A DNA stretch of 64,000 nucleotides from an uncultured Methanobrevibacter sp. (GCF_902771435.1 NZ_CACXXB010000001.1:31723-95722); one strand, 5' to 3'. Numbered from the stretch's first letter, positions 9,809-19,590 are shown. The notes: a model not told the origin generated them from the letters alone. Program-made: numbers and translations.

Positions 9809-10074
9809 TTACCATATGGCCACAATATCTAGATAAGAATTTAAGTCTTTCCGAAGGCCGCAAAGTCTCAAAGGAACTTGCAGTAGCCGAACCCACCCTT
9901 ACAGACATTGAAAGGGCTTTGAAAAGACTCGGTTTGAAATACACCATGGACAAGGAAAGGGCATACCCTGGAAAATGGTATGAAAAATCCGGCAGAATCC
10001 TTGTCGAATGGGAAGGAACAAAATTGGAATTATTAAAGGAAGTTAGCCTGAAACTAAAAGAAATTAAAAACTGA
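9805..10074 (+). CDS. srp19: Signal recognition particle protein Srp19
   Basis: IWPQYLD...SEGRKV...AYP. Confidence 0.93.
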   Translation: MITIWPQYLDKNLSLSEGRKVSKELAVAEPTLTDIERALKRLGLKYTMDKERAYPGKWYEKSGRILVEWEGTKLELLKEVSLKLKEIKN

Positions 10075-10079
10075 TTACT

Positions 10080-11486
10080 ATGCAAATACCACAATTAATG
10101 CAGGAACAATACCGTCAGGCAAAAGAAATTATTGAAAATTCCGAAGACATCAAGGTCTACTCACATATCGATTGTGACGGTATCTGTTCAGGCGCAATAC
10201 TATCAACCATACTAGACAGACAAAACAAAGAGCATGAAATCGAATTCGTGAATCTGGATGTTCTCGATGACATTGAACTTACCCATGAACTTACCATCTT
10301 TTCGGATTTGGGTTCAGGCCAGCACATCGACACCAGGGCCCAGGAAGGCCAAAAGATTATAATACTTGACCACCACCCACCCCTAAGAGACCTGGACTAT
10401 AATAAGGACAAGAACTACACATATCTTGAAATCAATCCAATACACCATGGAATCGACGGATCATATTACGTTTGCGGCGGAGGATTATGTTATTTTTTGG
10501 CTAAAGAGTTCGGATATGATGATTTAAGCTGGATTGGAGTTTTATCAGCCATAGGAGATATGCAGAATACTAAAACAGGCCATTTTGAAGGACTGAATGA
10601 AATCATCCAGCAGGATGCAATTGACGGAGGATATCTTCATGTCATCAAAAGCGACCTGAACATCTATGGAAGAAACACCCGTCCGCTGTTTGTAGCCCTT
10701 TCATATTTCAGCGATGTCAAACTGCCGATTACAAACAATACCACAGAAACAATGGCAATACTGGAAGAGCTCGGAATTGATGAAAAGCACAACCGCAAAA
10801 CATTGAATGAACTGACAAACGAAGAGAAGGGGAAGCTTTTCAGATATCTCAGGGAAATGATAACCAAAGCCGTTCCCGGAAAATATGTAAGATACATTCC
10901 GCAACTCATCATCGGGGATGCATACACATTCCTGAAAGAGGATTCTGACAGCTTCCTGAGGGATGCCTCTGAGTTTTCAACAGCCATGAATGCATGCGGC
11001 AGAAACCATCAGGAAAAGATAGCTATGGAAGTTTTGAAGGGCGACAGATTTGTAGCGCTCGATGAACTTGAGGCCGTAAGCAAAGAGCATAAGCGCAATT
11101 TGGCTCAGGCTATCGAGAAAGTTGCAGGCAGTGATGAAACACACATCATCGAACTTGAAAACCTGCAGTACTTTGACGGCGACGGAATCAAACCTGAAAT
11201 TGTCGGAACAGTAACCGGCATGATTTTAGGTTACTGCAATTGGAAAAAACCAATCATAGGATTTACACAAACCGACAGCGACGGAATAAAGGTTTCCCTA
11301 AGATGTTCCAGACTTCTTTCATATGAAGGAATCCATTTTGGGAACATTATACGTGAAGTTGCCTCCAAAGTCGGCGGAAGCGGTGGAGGACACTCCATGG
11401 CATGCGGTGCATACATCCCTACCGAAAATAAAAATGAGTTCATCAATATTTTCAATGAAAGCCTCAACGGTAAAATATCTAATTAG
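10080..11486 (+). CDS. recJ: RecJ/Cdc45-like DHH phosphoesterase
   Basis: HIDCDG, SDLGSG, LDHH and C-terminal GGGH motifs. Confidence 0.85.
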   Translation: MQIPQLMQEQYRQAKEIIENSEDIKVYSHIDCDGICSGAILSTILDRQNKEHEIEFVNLDVLDDIELTHELTIFSDLGSGQHIDTRAQEGQKIIILDHHPPLRDLDYNKDKNYTYLEINPIHHGIDGSYYVCGGGLCYFLAKEFGYDDLSWIGVLSAIGDMQNTKTGHFEGLNEIIQQDAIDGGYLHVIKSDLNIYGRNTRPLFVALSYFSDVKLPITNNTTETMAILEELGIDEKHNRKTLNELTNEEKGKLFRYLREMITKAVPGKYVRYIPQLIIGDAYTFLKEDSDSFLRDASEFSTAMNACGRNHQEKIAMEVLKGDRFVALDELEAVSKEHKRNLAQAIEKVAGSDETHIIELENLQYFDGDGIKPEIVGTVTGMILGYCNWKKPIIGFTQTDSDGIKVSLRCSRLLSYEGIHFGNIIREVASKVGGSGGGHSMACGAYIPTENKNEFINIFNESLNGKISN

Positions 11487-11537
11487 TTTATATATGAGTA
11501 AATTTATAAATATTAATTAATCAAGTATAATTGAGGA

Positions 11538-12350
11538 ATGACTATGATGAAATCATTTAAAAAAAGGGGTGCACTTACACATTTTCAAATTTTGAGTGAA
11601 ATCTCTAAGCAAGACCCGCACCTCAAACAAAAAGATTTGGCTAATAAATTGGGAATAACTATACAAGCAGTCTCTGAAAACATCAAAACATTAATAGAAC
11701 AAGGTTATATTACTTCTAAAGACGGCAGATCACCTTATAAAATTACACAGGCTGGAATCGACAAAGTAAAAAAGGATGCAATAAGCCTAAGAAAATATTC
11801 TGATTCCGTTCTCGAAACAATGAACCATTATAAAACCATATGGCCCGCCATTGCAACAGAAGACCTTAAAAAAGACGATATTGTCGGATTGTTCATGGAA
11901 GATGGAGTTTTATATGCCCATAAAAAAGAGGAAAATGCAACCGGTATCGTATTAGATGACGCCGAAAAGGACATGGACGTTTCCTTAACAAACCTTACAG
12001 GACTTATCGATATGACTGTGGGTGAAGTAACCGTCATTAACCTCCCAACAATAAAAAATGGAGGATCTAAAGCTTGTGACTTGGATTTAATTAAAAATGT
12101 ATACTCCAAAGGAACAAATTCCGGTGTAGAATTTGATAAGATTGCTGTAGCCGGTACTGTTGCACGTGCTGTTGTTAAAAAACTTGATTTACCTCTCGAT
12201 ATTGAATTTGCAGCTCCTCAAGCAACTGCAAATGCTGCACGTAAAGGCCTTAATGTACTTGCAATCTGTGTTGGTGAAATGAGCAAGGCATTTACCCGTG
12301 AACTTGAAAATGAAAAGATTAAATTTAACATTATTGACGGAGCTAAATAA
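11538..12350 (+). CDS. Winged-helix (MarR-like) transcriptional regulator, methanogen type
   Basis: QKDLANKLGITIQAVSENIK HTH. Confidence 0.8.
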   Translation: MTMMKSFKKRGALTHFQILSEISKQDPHLKQKDLANKLGITIQAVSENIKTLIEQGYITSKDGRSPYKITQAGIDKVKKDAISLRKYSDSVLETMNHYKTIWPAIATEDLKKDDIVGLFMEDGVLYAHKKEENATGIVLDDAEKDMDVSLTNLTGLIDMTVGEVTVINLPTIKNGGSKACDLDLIKNVYSKGTNSGVEFDKIAVAGTVARAVVKKLDLPLDIEFAAPQATANAARKGLNVLAICVGEMSKAFTRELENEKIKFNIIDGAK

Positions 12351-13634
12351 CTAATTTTCCCTTATTTTTTTTAATAAACCTGCAGCTATTTCCTCAGAGG
12401 TAATATCTGCAGAAGAATTATTTTTTACTGCTTTAACGTATTCTTGCAAGTTATCAGTTTTAATTGAATTTTTTACATCATCCAAAACCCGCTTGTTTTT
12501 GATATTTTCTATTTCTTCATCTGTTGGAATCTTCTTTTCAATTATTTTTCCTTTAGATTCCTTTTTAATATTGTTAAAGTTATGATTATCTTCCTTTGAA
12601 ACTAAAGTAAATGCAAAACCGCTGCTTCCTGCCCTTGCGGTTCTCCCGATTCTGTGGATGTGGGCATCATGGTTTTGAGCCACGTCATAATTGATGATGA
12701 ATTCCAAATCAGGAATGTCCAGACCTCTTGCGGCCACATCGGTTGCAACCAAATAGCGGACATTGCCGTTTCTGAATTTGTTCATTACCTTGTCCCTTAC
12801 CTTCTGGGTCATGTCCCCGTGAAGGGCTTCGGCAGAATAGTCTCTTTTTTTAAGGTTTTTGAAAACAAAATCAACACCCTTTTTGGTGTTTGAAAAAATC
12901 AGAGCCTGAGAAATGTCATATGCCTCAATAATTCTTATCAAATCATCGAATTTGTGTTTATGATTGGTTCTGAATGAGTACTGTGTGATTTTTGGAACAT
13001 TGCGCCTTTTATTGGATATCTTTATAAATTTAGGATTGTTCTGATAATTTTCTGCTATTTTTCTAATCTCGTCAGGTATTGTGGCTGAAAACATCAATGT
13101 CTGCTTTCTGTATCTTGTTTCATTTAATATTCGTTCAATATCATCCCTAAATCCCATGTCAAGCATTTCATCAGCTTCGTCCAAAACTACTCTCTCGATA
13201 CCTGTCAAATCAAGATTATCACGTTCGACATGATCAATTACACGACCGGGAGTTCCGACAACTATGTGAACTCCTTTTTTCAGAACCCTTGTCTGTTTTC
13301 CTATCGGCTGCCCCCCATAGACTGCCAGAACCTTAAGTTTCTTAACCTTTGCTCCAACTTTTGAAATCTCATCTGCAACCTGAAGGCACAGCTCCCTTGT
13401 CGGACATAAAACAATTGCCTGAGGAGATTTGTCGTCTATAAAGATATTTTCAATGACAGGTATTGCAAATGCAACTGTTTTTCCGGAACCTGTTTGAGCC
13501 TGAGCGGTAATGTCAATGCCCCTTAATGCTTCCGGAATTGCCTTATTTTGAATTGGAGTCAAATCTGTAAAACCCATCTGACCAATGGCTTTTTTGACTT
13601 CATCTGAAATGTTTAAATCCTCAAATTTCATCAT
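12351..13634 (-). CDS. DEAD-box RNA helicase
   Basis: AQTGSGKT, PTREL, DEAD, SAT, HRIGRTAR. Confidence 0.95.
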   Translation of the reverse strand: MMKFEDLNISDEVKKAIGQMGFTDLTPIQNKAIPEALRGIDITAQAQTGSGKTVAFAIPVIENIFIDDKSPQAIVLCPTRELCLQVADEISKVGAKVKKLKVLAVYGGQPIGKQTRVLKKGVHIVVGTPGRVIDHVERDNLDLTGIERVVLDEADEMLDMGFRDDIERILNETRYRKQTLMFSATIPDEIRKIAENYQNNPKFIKISNKRRNVPKITQYSFRTNHKHKFDDLIRIIEAYDISQALIFSNTKKGVDFVFKNLKKRDYSAEALHGDMTQKVRDKVMNKFRNGNVRYLVATDVAARGLDIPDLEFIINYDVAQNHDAHIHRIGRTARAGSSGFAFTLVSKEDNHNFNNIKKESKGKIIEKKIPTDEEIENIKNKRVLDDVKNSIKTDNLQEYVKAVKNNSSADITSEEIAAGLLKKIREN

Positions 13635-13654
13635 ATTAATATTTAAAAAAATAG

Positions 13655-14518
13655 CTATATAATTAATTTGGTTTGGTATGAGTCCTGTGGAAAATCATGC
13701 AGATACCCGAATATTTCCTCCCACCGGTTCATAATGCCAGCTTCGTAAGTTCTTTTTTTAAAAATCTTCATAAGTTCCTTGTCATTTGGAGACGGAATCG
13801 AATAATCATTTCCGTACTCCCTAATATACCTATCCTTCAAACCAGGAAAGTGCTCATCGAGCTTTGAGTAGAAGTACTCGCGATTGCCGTCCCTGAGGGT
13901 AAGTCCCATCCCCTGGCACAGTATTCCCTTCACGTTCGTTTCAATGCAGCTGTCAATTATGGAGTTAATGTTATCCTCTGTATCGTTAATGTATGGAAGT
14001 ATCGGACATAGCCAGACTACTGTTGGAATCCCGTTGTCGTTTAACGTTTTGAGGACTTCCACACGCCTTGAGGTCACACAGACATTGGGCTCCAGAATGC
14101 TGCACAGCTCATCATCTGCAGTTGTAAGAGTCATCTGGATAACAACTTTTGATTTCTCATTTATCCTTTTGAGAAGCTCCAGATCCCTAAGCACCAAATC
14201 GGATTTTGTAATGCATGTAAAACCAAAACCGTAATCATGAATCAGCTCAAGGGATTTTCTCACATATCTTAAATGCTTTTCAAGTGGCACGTACGGGTCT
14301 GTCATTGCACCTGTGCCTATCATTGATTTTGGCCTTCTCCTAAGTTCTTTTTTAAGAAGTTCCAGTGAATTTTCCTTGACTGCAATGTCTTCAAACTTAT
14401 GGTCCATCCCATAGATTTTGCTTCTTGAATCACAGTATATGCATCCGTGAGTGCATCCCCTGTAAAGATTCATTCCGTTATTTTTGGAGAGAATTGATTT
14501 TGACGTTACATAATGCAT
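13655..14518 (-). CDS. Radical SAM protein (spore photoproduct lyase-like)
   Basis: NLYRGCTHGCIYCD and TDPY motifs. Confidence 0.88.
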   Translation of the reverse strand: MHYVTSKSILSKNNGMNLYRGCTHGCIYCDSRSKIYGMDHKFEDIAVKENSLELLKKELRRRPKSMIGTGAMTDPYVPLEKHLRYVRKSLELIHDYGFGFTCITKSDLVLRDLELLKRINEKSKVVIQMTLTTADDELCSILEPNVCVTSRRVEVLKTLNDNGIPTVVWLCPILPYINDTEDNINSIIDSCIETNVKGILCQGMGLTLRDGNREYFYSKLDEHFPGLKDRYIREYGNDYSIPSPNDKELMKIFKKRTYEAGIMNRWEEIFGYLHDFPQDSYQTKLII

Positions 14519-14565
14519 GAAGTTAACTTTGAAAAAACCCCTATATAAAAAGGTGCCAAGAGCAT

Positions 14566-15297
14566 TTGCAAAGTATTTACTATACGAATTACAAAGATAA
14601 AATTATGCAACAAAAAAACATTACCGAATACGGAAAGGAATATGAAATTAAAAACCATCCTGACATAAAAGGTGTTCAAATAATTGAAGGGAAAAACAAT
14701 TTCCCCATTAGTTGGCTCAACAAACAAGGATATTGTGAATATCAGATATATCTCGAGAACATGAAAGGTATAGAAACACCGGCCACACCTGAAATGACAC
14801 ATGGAAGCGACATACACAACCAGCTTGAAAACATATTCAAGCAGGACGCAACCCCCGCAACATTTGAAGATGCAGTTGAAGCATCAAAAGAAACCGCATC
14901 AATGTCAAGGGAATGCTTTGTAGTTGCACCGGAATACGGAATAAGAGGATATATCGATGAAATATGGATGAAACCGGAAGAAATCGTAATAATCGATGAC
15001 AAGCCCGGCCGCACACCATACCTGTCAACAATGAATCAGGTAAGGGCATATTGTCTTGCATTCAAAGACATGACCCATGACGACAGGCAGATTAAGGCGG
15101 CGCTGCGGGAACGTGGAACAGACAATCTCTTTTGGATTGAAATATTCACACCGGAAGTCGAAAAACAAATAAAATTCACAATAGACAGAATGCAGGGCCT
15201 TTTAGACGGTTCAAAACCATTCATTCCAACTAAAAATCCGAACAAATGCAGATCATGCAGATACAAACGTTACTGTGAACACTACAAAAGGGAATAG
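14566..15297 (+). CDS. Solo Cas4-like PD-(D/E)XK nuclease with Fe-S cysteines
   Basis: YCEYQ, G..IH, GYIDE...IIDDK, Q..AY, CRSCRYKRYC; true start may be 14605. Confidence 0.8.
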   Translation: MQSIYYTNYKDKIMQQKNITEYGKEYEIKNHPDIKGVQIIEGKNNFPISWLNKQGYCEYQIYLENMKGIETPATPEMTHGSDIHNQLENIFKQDATPATFEDAVEASKETASMSRECFVVAPEYGIRGYIDEIWMKPEEIVIIDDKPGRTPYLSTMNQVRAYCLAFKDMTHDDRQIKAALRERGTDNLFWIEIFTPEVEKQIKFTIDRMQGLLDGSKPFIPTKNPNKCRSCRYKRYCEHYKRE

Positions 15298-15299
15298 TC

Positions 15300-15767
15300 A
15301 TGAACAAAAAGAAAATCTCAATAATCCTTTTAATAATATTTTTAATAACTATAGGCCTGACAATAGCCAACCTGTTTTTGGAGGAATCAAACAGCGTTGA
15401 AAAGAAAAATGGAACACTTACAATCGGAAATAAAACAGTGAACTATGATAATGCCGGAAAATGCGTTGATGTGATTGACGGAAATACCATCCAGGTCCAC
15501 GGCGTCGGAAAGGTTCAGCTGACACAGGTAAAAACACCACAGTCAAACGAGTCAGGATACAGCGATGCTAAAAAATTTGTTGAAGACAAATGTCTTGGAA
15601 AAACAGTTTACTTAAATATTGACGACAAGCAGCCTCAGGACAGGTATGGCCGCACATTGGCTGTCGTATATACAGATACGGATGACATTAACAGGGAACT
15701 GATTGAAAACAAACTGGCGGAAATATCCTATTTCGAGCCAAGCGAGTTTAAAAAGGGTGAAATATAA
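15300..15767 (+). CDS. Membrane-anchored thermonuclease (SNase)-fold protein, active site degenerate
   Basis: N-terminal TM; VIDGNT...DRYGRTLA...INRELI..LA SNase pattern. Confidence 0.8.
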   Translation: MNKKKISIILLIIFLITIGLTIANLFLEESNSVEKKNGTLTIGNKTVNYDNAGKCVDVIDGNTIQVHGVGKVQLTQVKTPQSNESGYSDAKKFVEDKCLGKTVYLNIDDKQPQDRYGRTLAVVYTDTDDINRELIENKLAEISYFEPSEFKKGEI

Positions 15768-16394
15768 TCAAACAACCCTATTTAAACCTAAATAAATCTT
15801 ATTTTTCTTATAAACCTTATCCAAAATGGAATTCCATTCTTCCACACTGATGTGGCCCTTGTTAGGAATCAGGCTGTCCAGTGATGATTCATTTAAATTT
15901 AAAATATCCGCCAAAACATATGATAAAGTCCTTCCGGTCAAAGACAAATCATAGGGGTCATAACCTGTTACGGCCAAAACCCACATGTTATCGGTTGATG
16001 AACTATTATATTCCTGCCTCAGGGCATCGAACCAGCTGGCCACTTTGGCATAATCACTACCGATGGAAATATAATAATCCTCTCCGGAAAATTCGATATT
16101 ACTGCATGCTCGCTCTATCTTTTCTGTAAGCTCTGGAGAGTCCAAATCAAGATCATATTCGTTGTTTGTGATTGTATCCGACAAGTACTTCTCAATTTCC
16201 TTTATGTTTTTGAAATACCCGATGGGCTCCAGCCTGTCGGGGTCCCTGTCACACAAATCATAAATCAAATCCTCATCGACATCACAAATCTCATATCCTT
16301 CCAATTTATGGGACTTGTACTCTTTAAAGTCAATGCAATAATTCTCCAAATCCTCTTTATTTAAATACCACAGTACTTGAACTTTTTTTATCAT
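15768..16394 (-). CDS. Hypothetical protein
   Basis: 208-aa ORF filling the gap, plausible acidic composition. Confidence 0.65.
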   Translation of the reverse strand: MIKKVQVLWYLNKEDLENYCIDFKEYKSHKLEGYEICDVDEDLIYDLCDRDPDRLEPIGYFKNIKEIEKYLSDTITNNEYDLDLDSPELTEKIERACSNIEFSGEDYYISIGSDYAKVASWFDALRQEYNSSSTDNMWVLAVTGYDPYDLSLTGRTLSYVLADILNLNESSLDSLIPNKGHISVEEWNSILDKVYKKNKIYLGLNRVV

Positions 16395-16423
16395 AATGCT
16401 CGAAATAATATCAAATATTCTGA

Positions 16424-16822
16424 TTAGATTGAATTTACTACAACTGTTTTAGTAATGTTTGCAAATAATCTATCACTATTCATAAATCTGCCAATGGCCC
16501 AGTCAAAGATTATAGGAATCCAGTAAATTTTGGTTAAGTTACGTACTATTGATTGTGCCCAGTTAATGTAGGCACCGTTTCTGGACCTAACTTCCAAATA
16601 CATTAATGCCTTACCTATTGTTGCTCCTCTTGTTTTTTCAAGGAATACAAAATAAACAAATCCTAAAATAGGAACAAAGTAAGGTAAAATACCGTATACA
16701 CCCATAATGTCTATAGGACCAATAATTAGAGATAACAAATAGGATATAATCCACATAACAGCTGAAACAACAAAGAAATCAATTACATATGCAATTATTC
16801 TTCTTGAAAAAACACTTGCCAT
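16424..16822 (-). CDS. RDD family membrane protein
   Basis: RRIIAYVID, G.TIGK, RNLTK. Confidence 0.9.
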   Translation of the reverse strand: MASVFSRRIIAYVIDFFVVSAVMWIISYLLSLIIGPIDIMGVYGILPYFVPILGFVYFVFLEKTRGATIGKALMYLEVRSRNGAYINWAQSIVRNLTKIYWIPIIFDWAIGRFMNSDRLFANITKTVVVNSI

Positions 16823-16831
16823 TTTATCACC

Positions 16832-17851
16832 TTAACAAACCCTAGGAACCGGATCAGCAATAGGTGCCTCAAGGATTCTTTCACCACCTATTGGAGTATT
16901 GATCACGACATAATCTCCTTCTACAACTTCTCCAATTATTGCGGCATTTTCACCATATTTTTCACTGCGAATAGCTTCAAGGACCTCTTCAGCCTTATCG
17001 GCTTTAACGCCCATGACCACTTTACCTTCGTTAGCTACTTCAAATGGGTCAATGCCCAACATTTCTGATACTGCATGAACTTCTTCACGTATTGGAATTG
17101 CTTCCTGTTCCAGAACAACTCCAACACCCGCTTTAGAAGCCATTTCATTAATAGCATTGGCAAAACCGCCTCTGGTCGGATCCTTCATGGCTGTAACTCC
17201 CCCTACATCCAAAGCCTTTTCAATGATGTTCCACATTGGAGCCACATCAGATTTCAAATCTGTTTCAAATCCAAATCCTTCCCTGAATGACATCAAGCTC
17301 ATTCCGTGGTCGCCTAAACTGCCAGTAACTATGATTTTGTCACCAACCTGCAGAGTTGAATCACGAATTACCTCTCCTTTTTTGGCAATTCCAATTCCTG
17401 TAGTTACCATTACAATGCCGTCAAGCTTATCCTGAGGCATTACTTTTGTATCTCCTGTAACTACAGCCACATCTACTTCCTCACAGGTCGCATTTAATGA
17501 TTTCATGATTTTATCCAAATCATCTATTGGAAATCCTTCCTGCATAATAATTGCATTAGAAATAGCCAATGGACGAGCTCCCATTACAGAAACATCATTG
17601 ATAGTTCCTGCAGCTGAAATCCTACCAATATCTCCTCCAGGGAAGAATAACGGATCAATAGTATGGCCGTCTGTGGTTACAACAATTTCCCAATCCCCTA
17701 AAGGAATAGAAGCTCCGTCATCTAATGCATCTAAACTAATACCACCATTTACGCTTTTTTTGGTGATATTATCTAATACGGTACTGGCTATCAAATTTGC
17801 CATTACTTCTCCGCCAGCACCATGATTCATACTAATCTTATCATCTGACAT
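16832..17851 (-). CDS. hypE: Hydrogenase maturation protein HypE
   Basis: HGAGG, FFPGGDIG, DPTRGG, ANEG, C-terminal PRVC. Confidence 0.96.
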   Translation of the reverse strand: MSDDKISMNHGAGGEVMANLIASTVLDNITKKSVNGGISLDALDDGASIPLGDWEIVVTTDGHTIDPLFFPGGDIGRISAAGTINDVSVMGARPLAISNAIIMQEGFPIDDLDKIMKSLNATCEEVDVAVVTGDTKVMPQDKLDGIVMVTTGIGIAKKGEVIRDSTLQVGDKIIVTGSLGDHGMSLMSFREGFGFETDLKSDVAPMWNIIEKALDVGGVTAMKDPTRGGFANAINEMASKAGVGVVLEQEAIPIREEVHAVSEMLGIDPFEVANEGKVVMGVKADKAEEVLEAIRSEKYGENAAIIGEVVEGDYVVINTPIGGERILEAPIADPVPRVC

Positions 17852-17981
17852 TATATCTCCTAAATAAATTATCATTATATGGTATGTTAAAACAAGTATA
17901 TAATTATTAGTTAATTATTAAAAAAAGTTGTTAAAAAAAATGTGAATAAAAGAAAAAAAAGAGAAAATTTAAGTATTAAAC

Positions 17982-18356
17982 TTAAATCAATACACCGTTG
18001 ATAACACCGTGTTGACCCGGTCTTGAAGTAACTTTTGCATTACCTTCAGGGGTTTCTACAATAGCACCTTTGGTAATGATGTTCCTTCTTACGTAGTTAG
18101 GGTTTGCGGTGTTTTCGATTACACCAAGAATATCTAAAACTTGAGTTTTACCGTTTGCATCGGTAACGTTGATTTTATTACCTGTAGCTAATCTGAGTTT
18201 TTCGTTTCCGCCACGGGTTCTGATTTTTCTTAATTTTTTTTCATCTAATCTAGTTTCTGCAGGATCTCTTCCTAATTCAGATTTCCTTTTTCCACGGTTT
18301 GCAACATTTCTTGCACCAGATGGACTTCTTGTTGATTTTCCTTGAGAAATTGCCAT
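17982..18356 (-). CDS. rps8e: 30S ribosomal protein S8e
   Basis: RTRGGN, NPNYVRRNIITKG, SRPGQHG. Confidence 0.97.
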   Translation of the reverse strand: MAISQGKSTRSPSGARNVANRGKRKSELGRDPAETRLDEKKLRKIRTRGGNEKLRLATGNKINVTDANGKTQVLDILGVIENTANPNYVRRNIITKGAIVETPEGNAKVTSRPGQHGVINGVLI

Positions 18357-18548
18357 TATTTCACCTAATAAATATAATTAATAATATAATAATCGCAGTC
18401 AATAAGTCTCTTTTCAATTAGAGCTATCTGCAAGATAATTATAGCCTAATTTTTGAGAGCAAAAAAGAGCCTTAAAGAATAATGATAATAAAATATTACT
18501 TTATCATTATATATAAATGTTTTATTTTTCGGCAAAAAATAGTGAAAA

Positions 18549-18791
18549 TCAGGATTTATTTTTTAAAATAAAATCATCGACCAGTTTGTCGAAATCCTCT
18601 TCGGAGAGGTTTTCATCGGAAGCTGCCTTGAGTATCTTTTGAATTTCCTCTTCGGGAACGTCATCTCCAAGCAGGTCTATGAGGAGATCCCTCAATTCAC
18701 CATCGTCAATGTAAGCTTCACCGTTTTCAGACATCCTGTGTGGTTCCTCATCATCAAAAACATAATATGGAACTTCTTCCATTTTCATCAC
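18549..18791 (-). CDS. Small acidic hypothetical protein
   Basis: ~80-aa D/E-rich ORF; AGGTGA RBS overlaps the upstream stop. Confidence 0.7.
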   Translation of the reverse strand: MMKMEEVPYYVFDDEEPHRMSENGEAYIDDGELRDLLIDLLGDDVPEEEIQKILKAASDENLSEEDFDKLVDDFILKNKS

Positions 18792-19076
18792 CTAATCAAA
18801 ATCCGGAAATTCGTAATATACGATTTCATAAGGGTCATCATCAAAATACCATTCATTAGGTTCAATCATTTCATCTTCATCTTCCAATATGAAATCATCA
18901 TCTTCCTCGTCGGCACCTTCAACCTGGATAACAATATTAACATCTTCACCCAAAGATTCCAAATCAATTCCCAATTCATCCAAATCTATTTCCAATTCGC
19001 CATCCTGCATTGCATCTTCCGGGACTACAATGACAATTTCCTCAACCGAATTAATGTCAATATCTTGATTTTGCAA
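18792..19076 (-). CDS. Ultra-acidic hypothetical protein (94 aa, no K/R/H)
   Basis: AGGAGG RBS before TTG; 37 of 94 residues are D/E. Confidence 0.7.
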   Translation of the reverse strand: MQNQDIDINSVEEIVIVVPEDAMQDGELEIDLDELGIDLESLGEDVNIVIQVEGADEEDDDFILEDEDEMIEPNEWYFDDDPYEIVYYEFPDFD

Positions 19077-19152
19077 ATTATCTTCCTCCTAAAATAGGAT
19101 TTGAATTAAATTCAATAAGTTATATTATTCAATAAGTAGTATTTAAAGATTT

Positions 19153-19214
19153 GAGTCTGTAAAATTTTTAGAAATCGGCTTAAATAAAATAGGCCTATAA
19201 AATTTTACAGACTC
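19153..19214. mobile_element. 62-bp MITE, probably IS256-family derived
   Basis: Perfect 16-bp TIR GAGTCTGTAAAATTTT/AAAATTTTACAGACTC flanked by 8-bp direct repeat AAAGATTT (19145-19152, 19215-19222). Confidence 0.75.
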
Positions 19215-19242
19215 AAAGATTTAAAAAAAAATAGGAAGTAAC

Positions 19243-19590
19243 TTAATAGTTACTGTCCATTTCAAAACTGATTTTTGGAATTCCGAACTTGTTTTTGCAC
19301 CTGACTGAGCATATCTTCAGGTTTTCAATAAACATTGTGAAGCATAGGCAGATGCTGTCACAGTCAATGCCTATCTTAACGTTGGAATTTTCCAGAATAT
19401 TTTTGGAGATGTCGAATACCTCGGATGCATTGTCAACCAGTACGGAAGCGGGCATATTGTCCTTATCAATTGATAGGAAGATGCCCTCTGAAATGCTGTA
19501 ATCCGCACAGTATCCATTTTTACCATCTATTTTGCCAACGAACGTATCGTTTATCTCATCATAACTTGATATCAATCTTTCTTTTTCCAT
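19243..19590 (-). CDS. DUF2283-like protein (orphan)
   Basis: SYDEINDTF...EGIFLSID...P...NAS pattern parallels 24126-24503. Confidence 0.6.
   Translation of the reverse strand: MEKERLISSYDEINDTFVGKIDGKNGYCADYSISEGIFLSIDKDNMPASVLVDNASEVFDISKNILENSNVKIGIDCDSICLCFTMFIENLKICSVRCKNKFGIPKISFEMDSNY

Noticed and set aside
14566-15297. CRISPR-Cas locus implied by the Cas4-like gene
   Set aside because: No repeat-spacer array and no other cas gene in the window
18786-18797. In-frame TAG-GTG junctions (also 38175-38180 and 52117-52122) suggesting amber/pyrrolysine readthrough fusions
   Set aside because: TAGGTG is a stop codon overlapping the AGGTG ribosome-binding site; it recurs between unrelated genes and no pyl genes are visible
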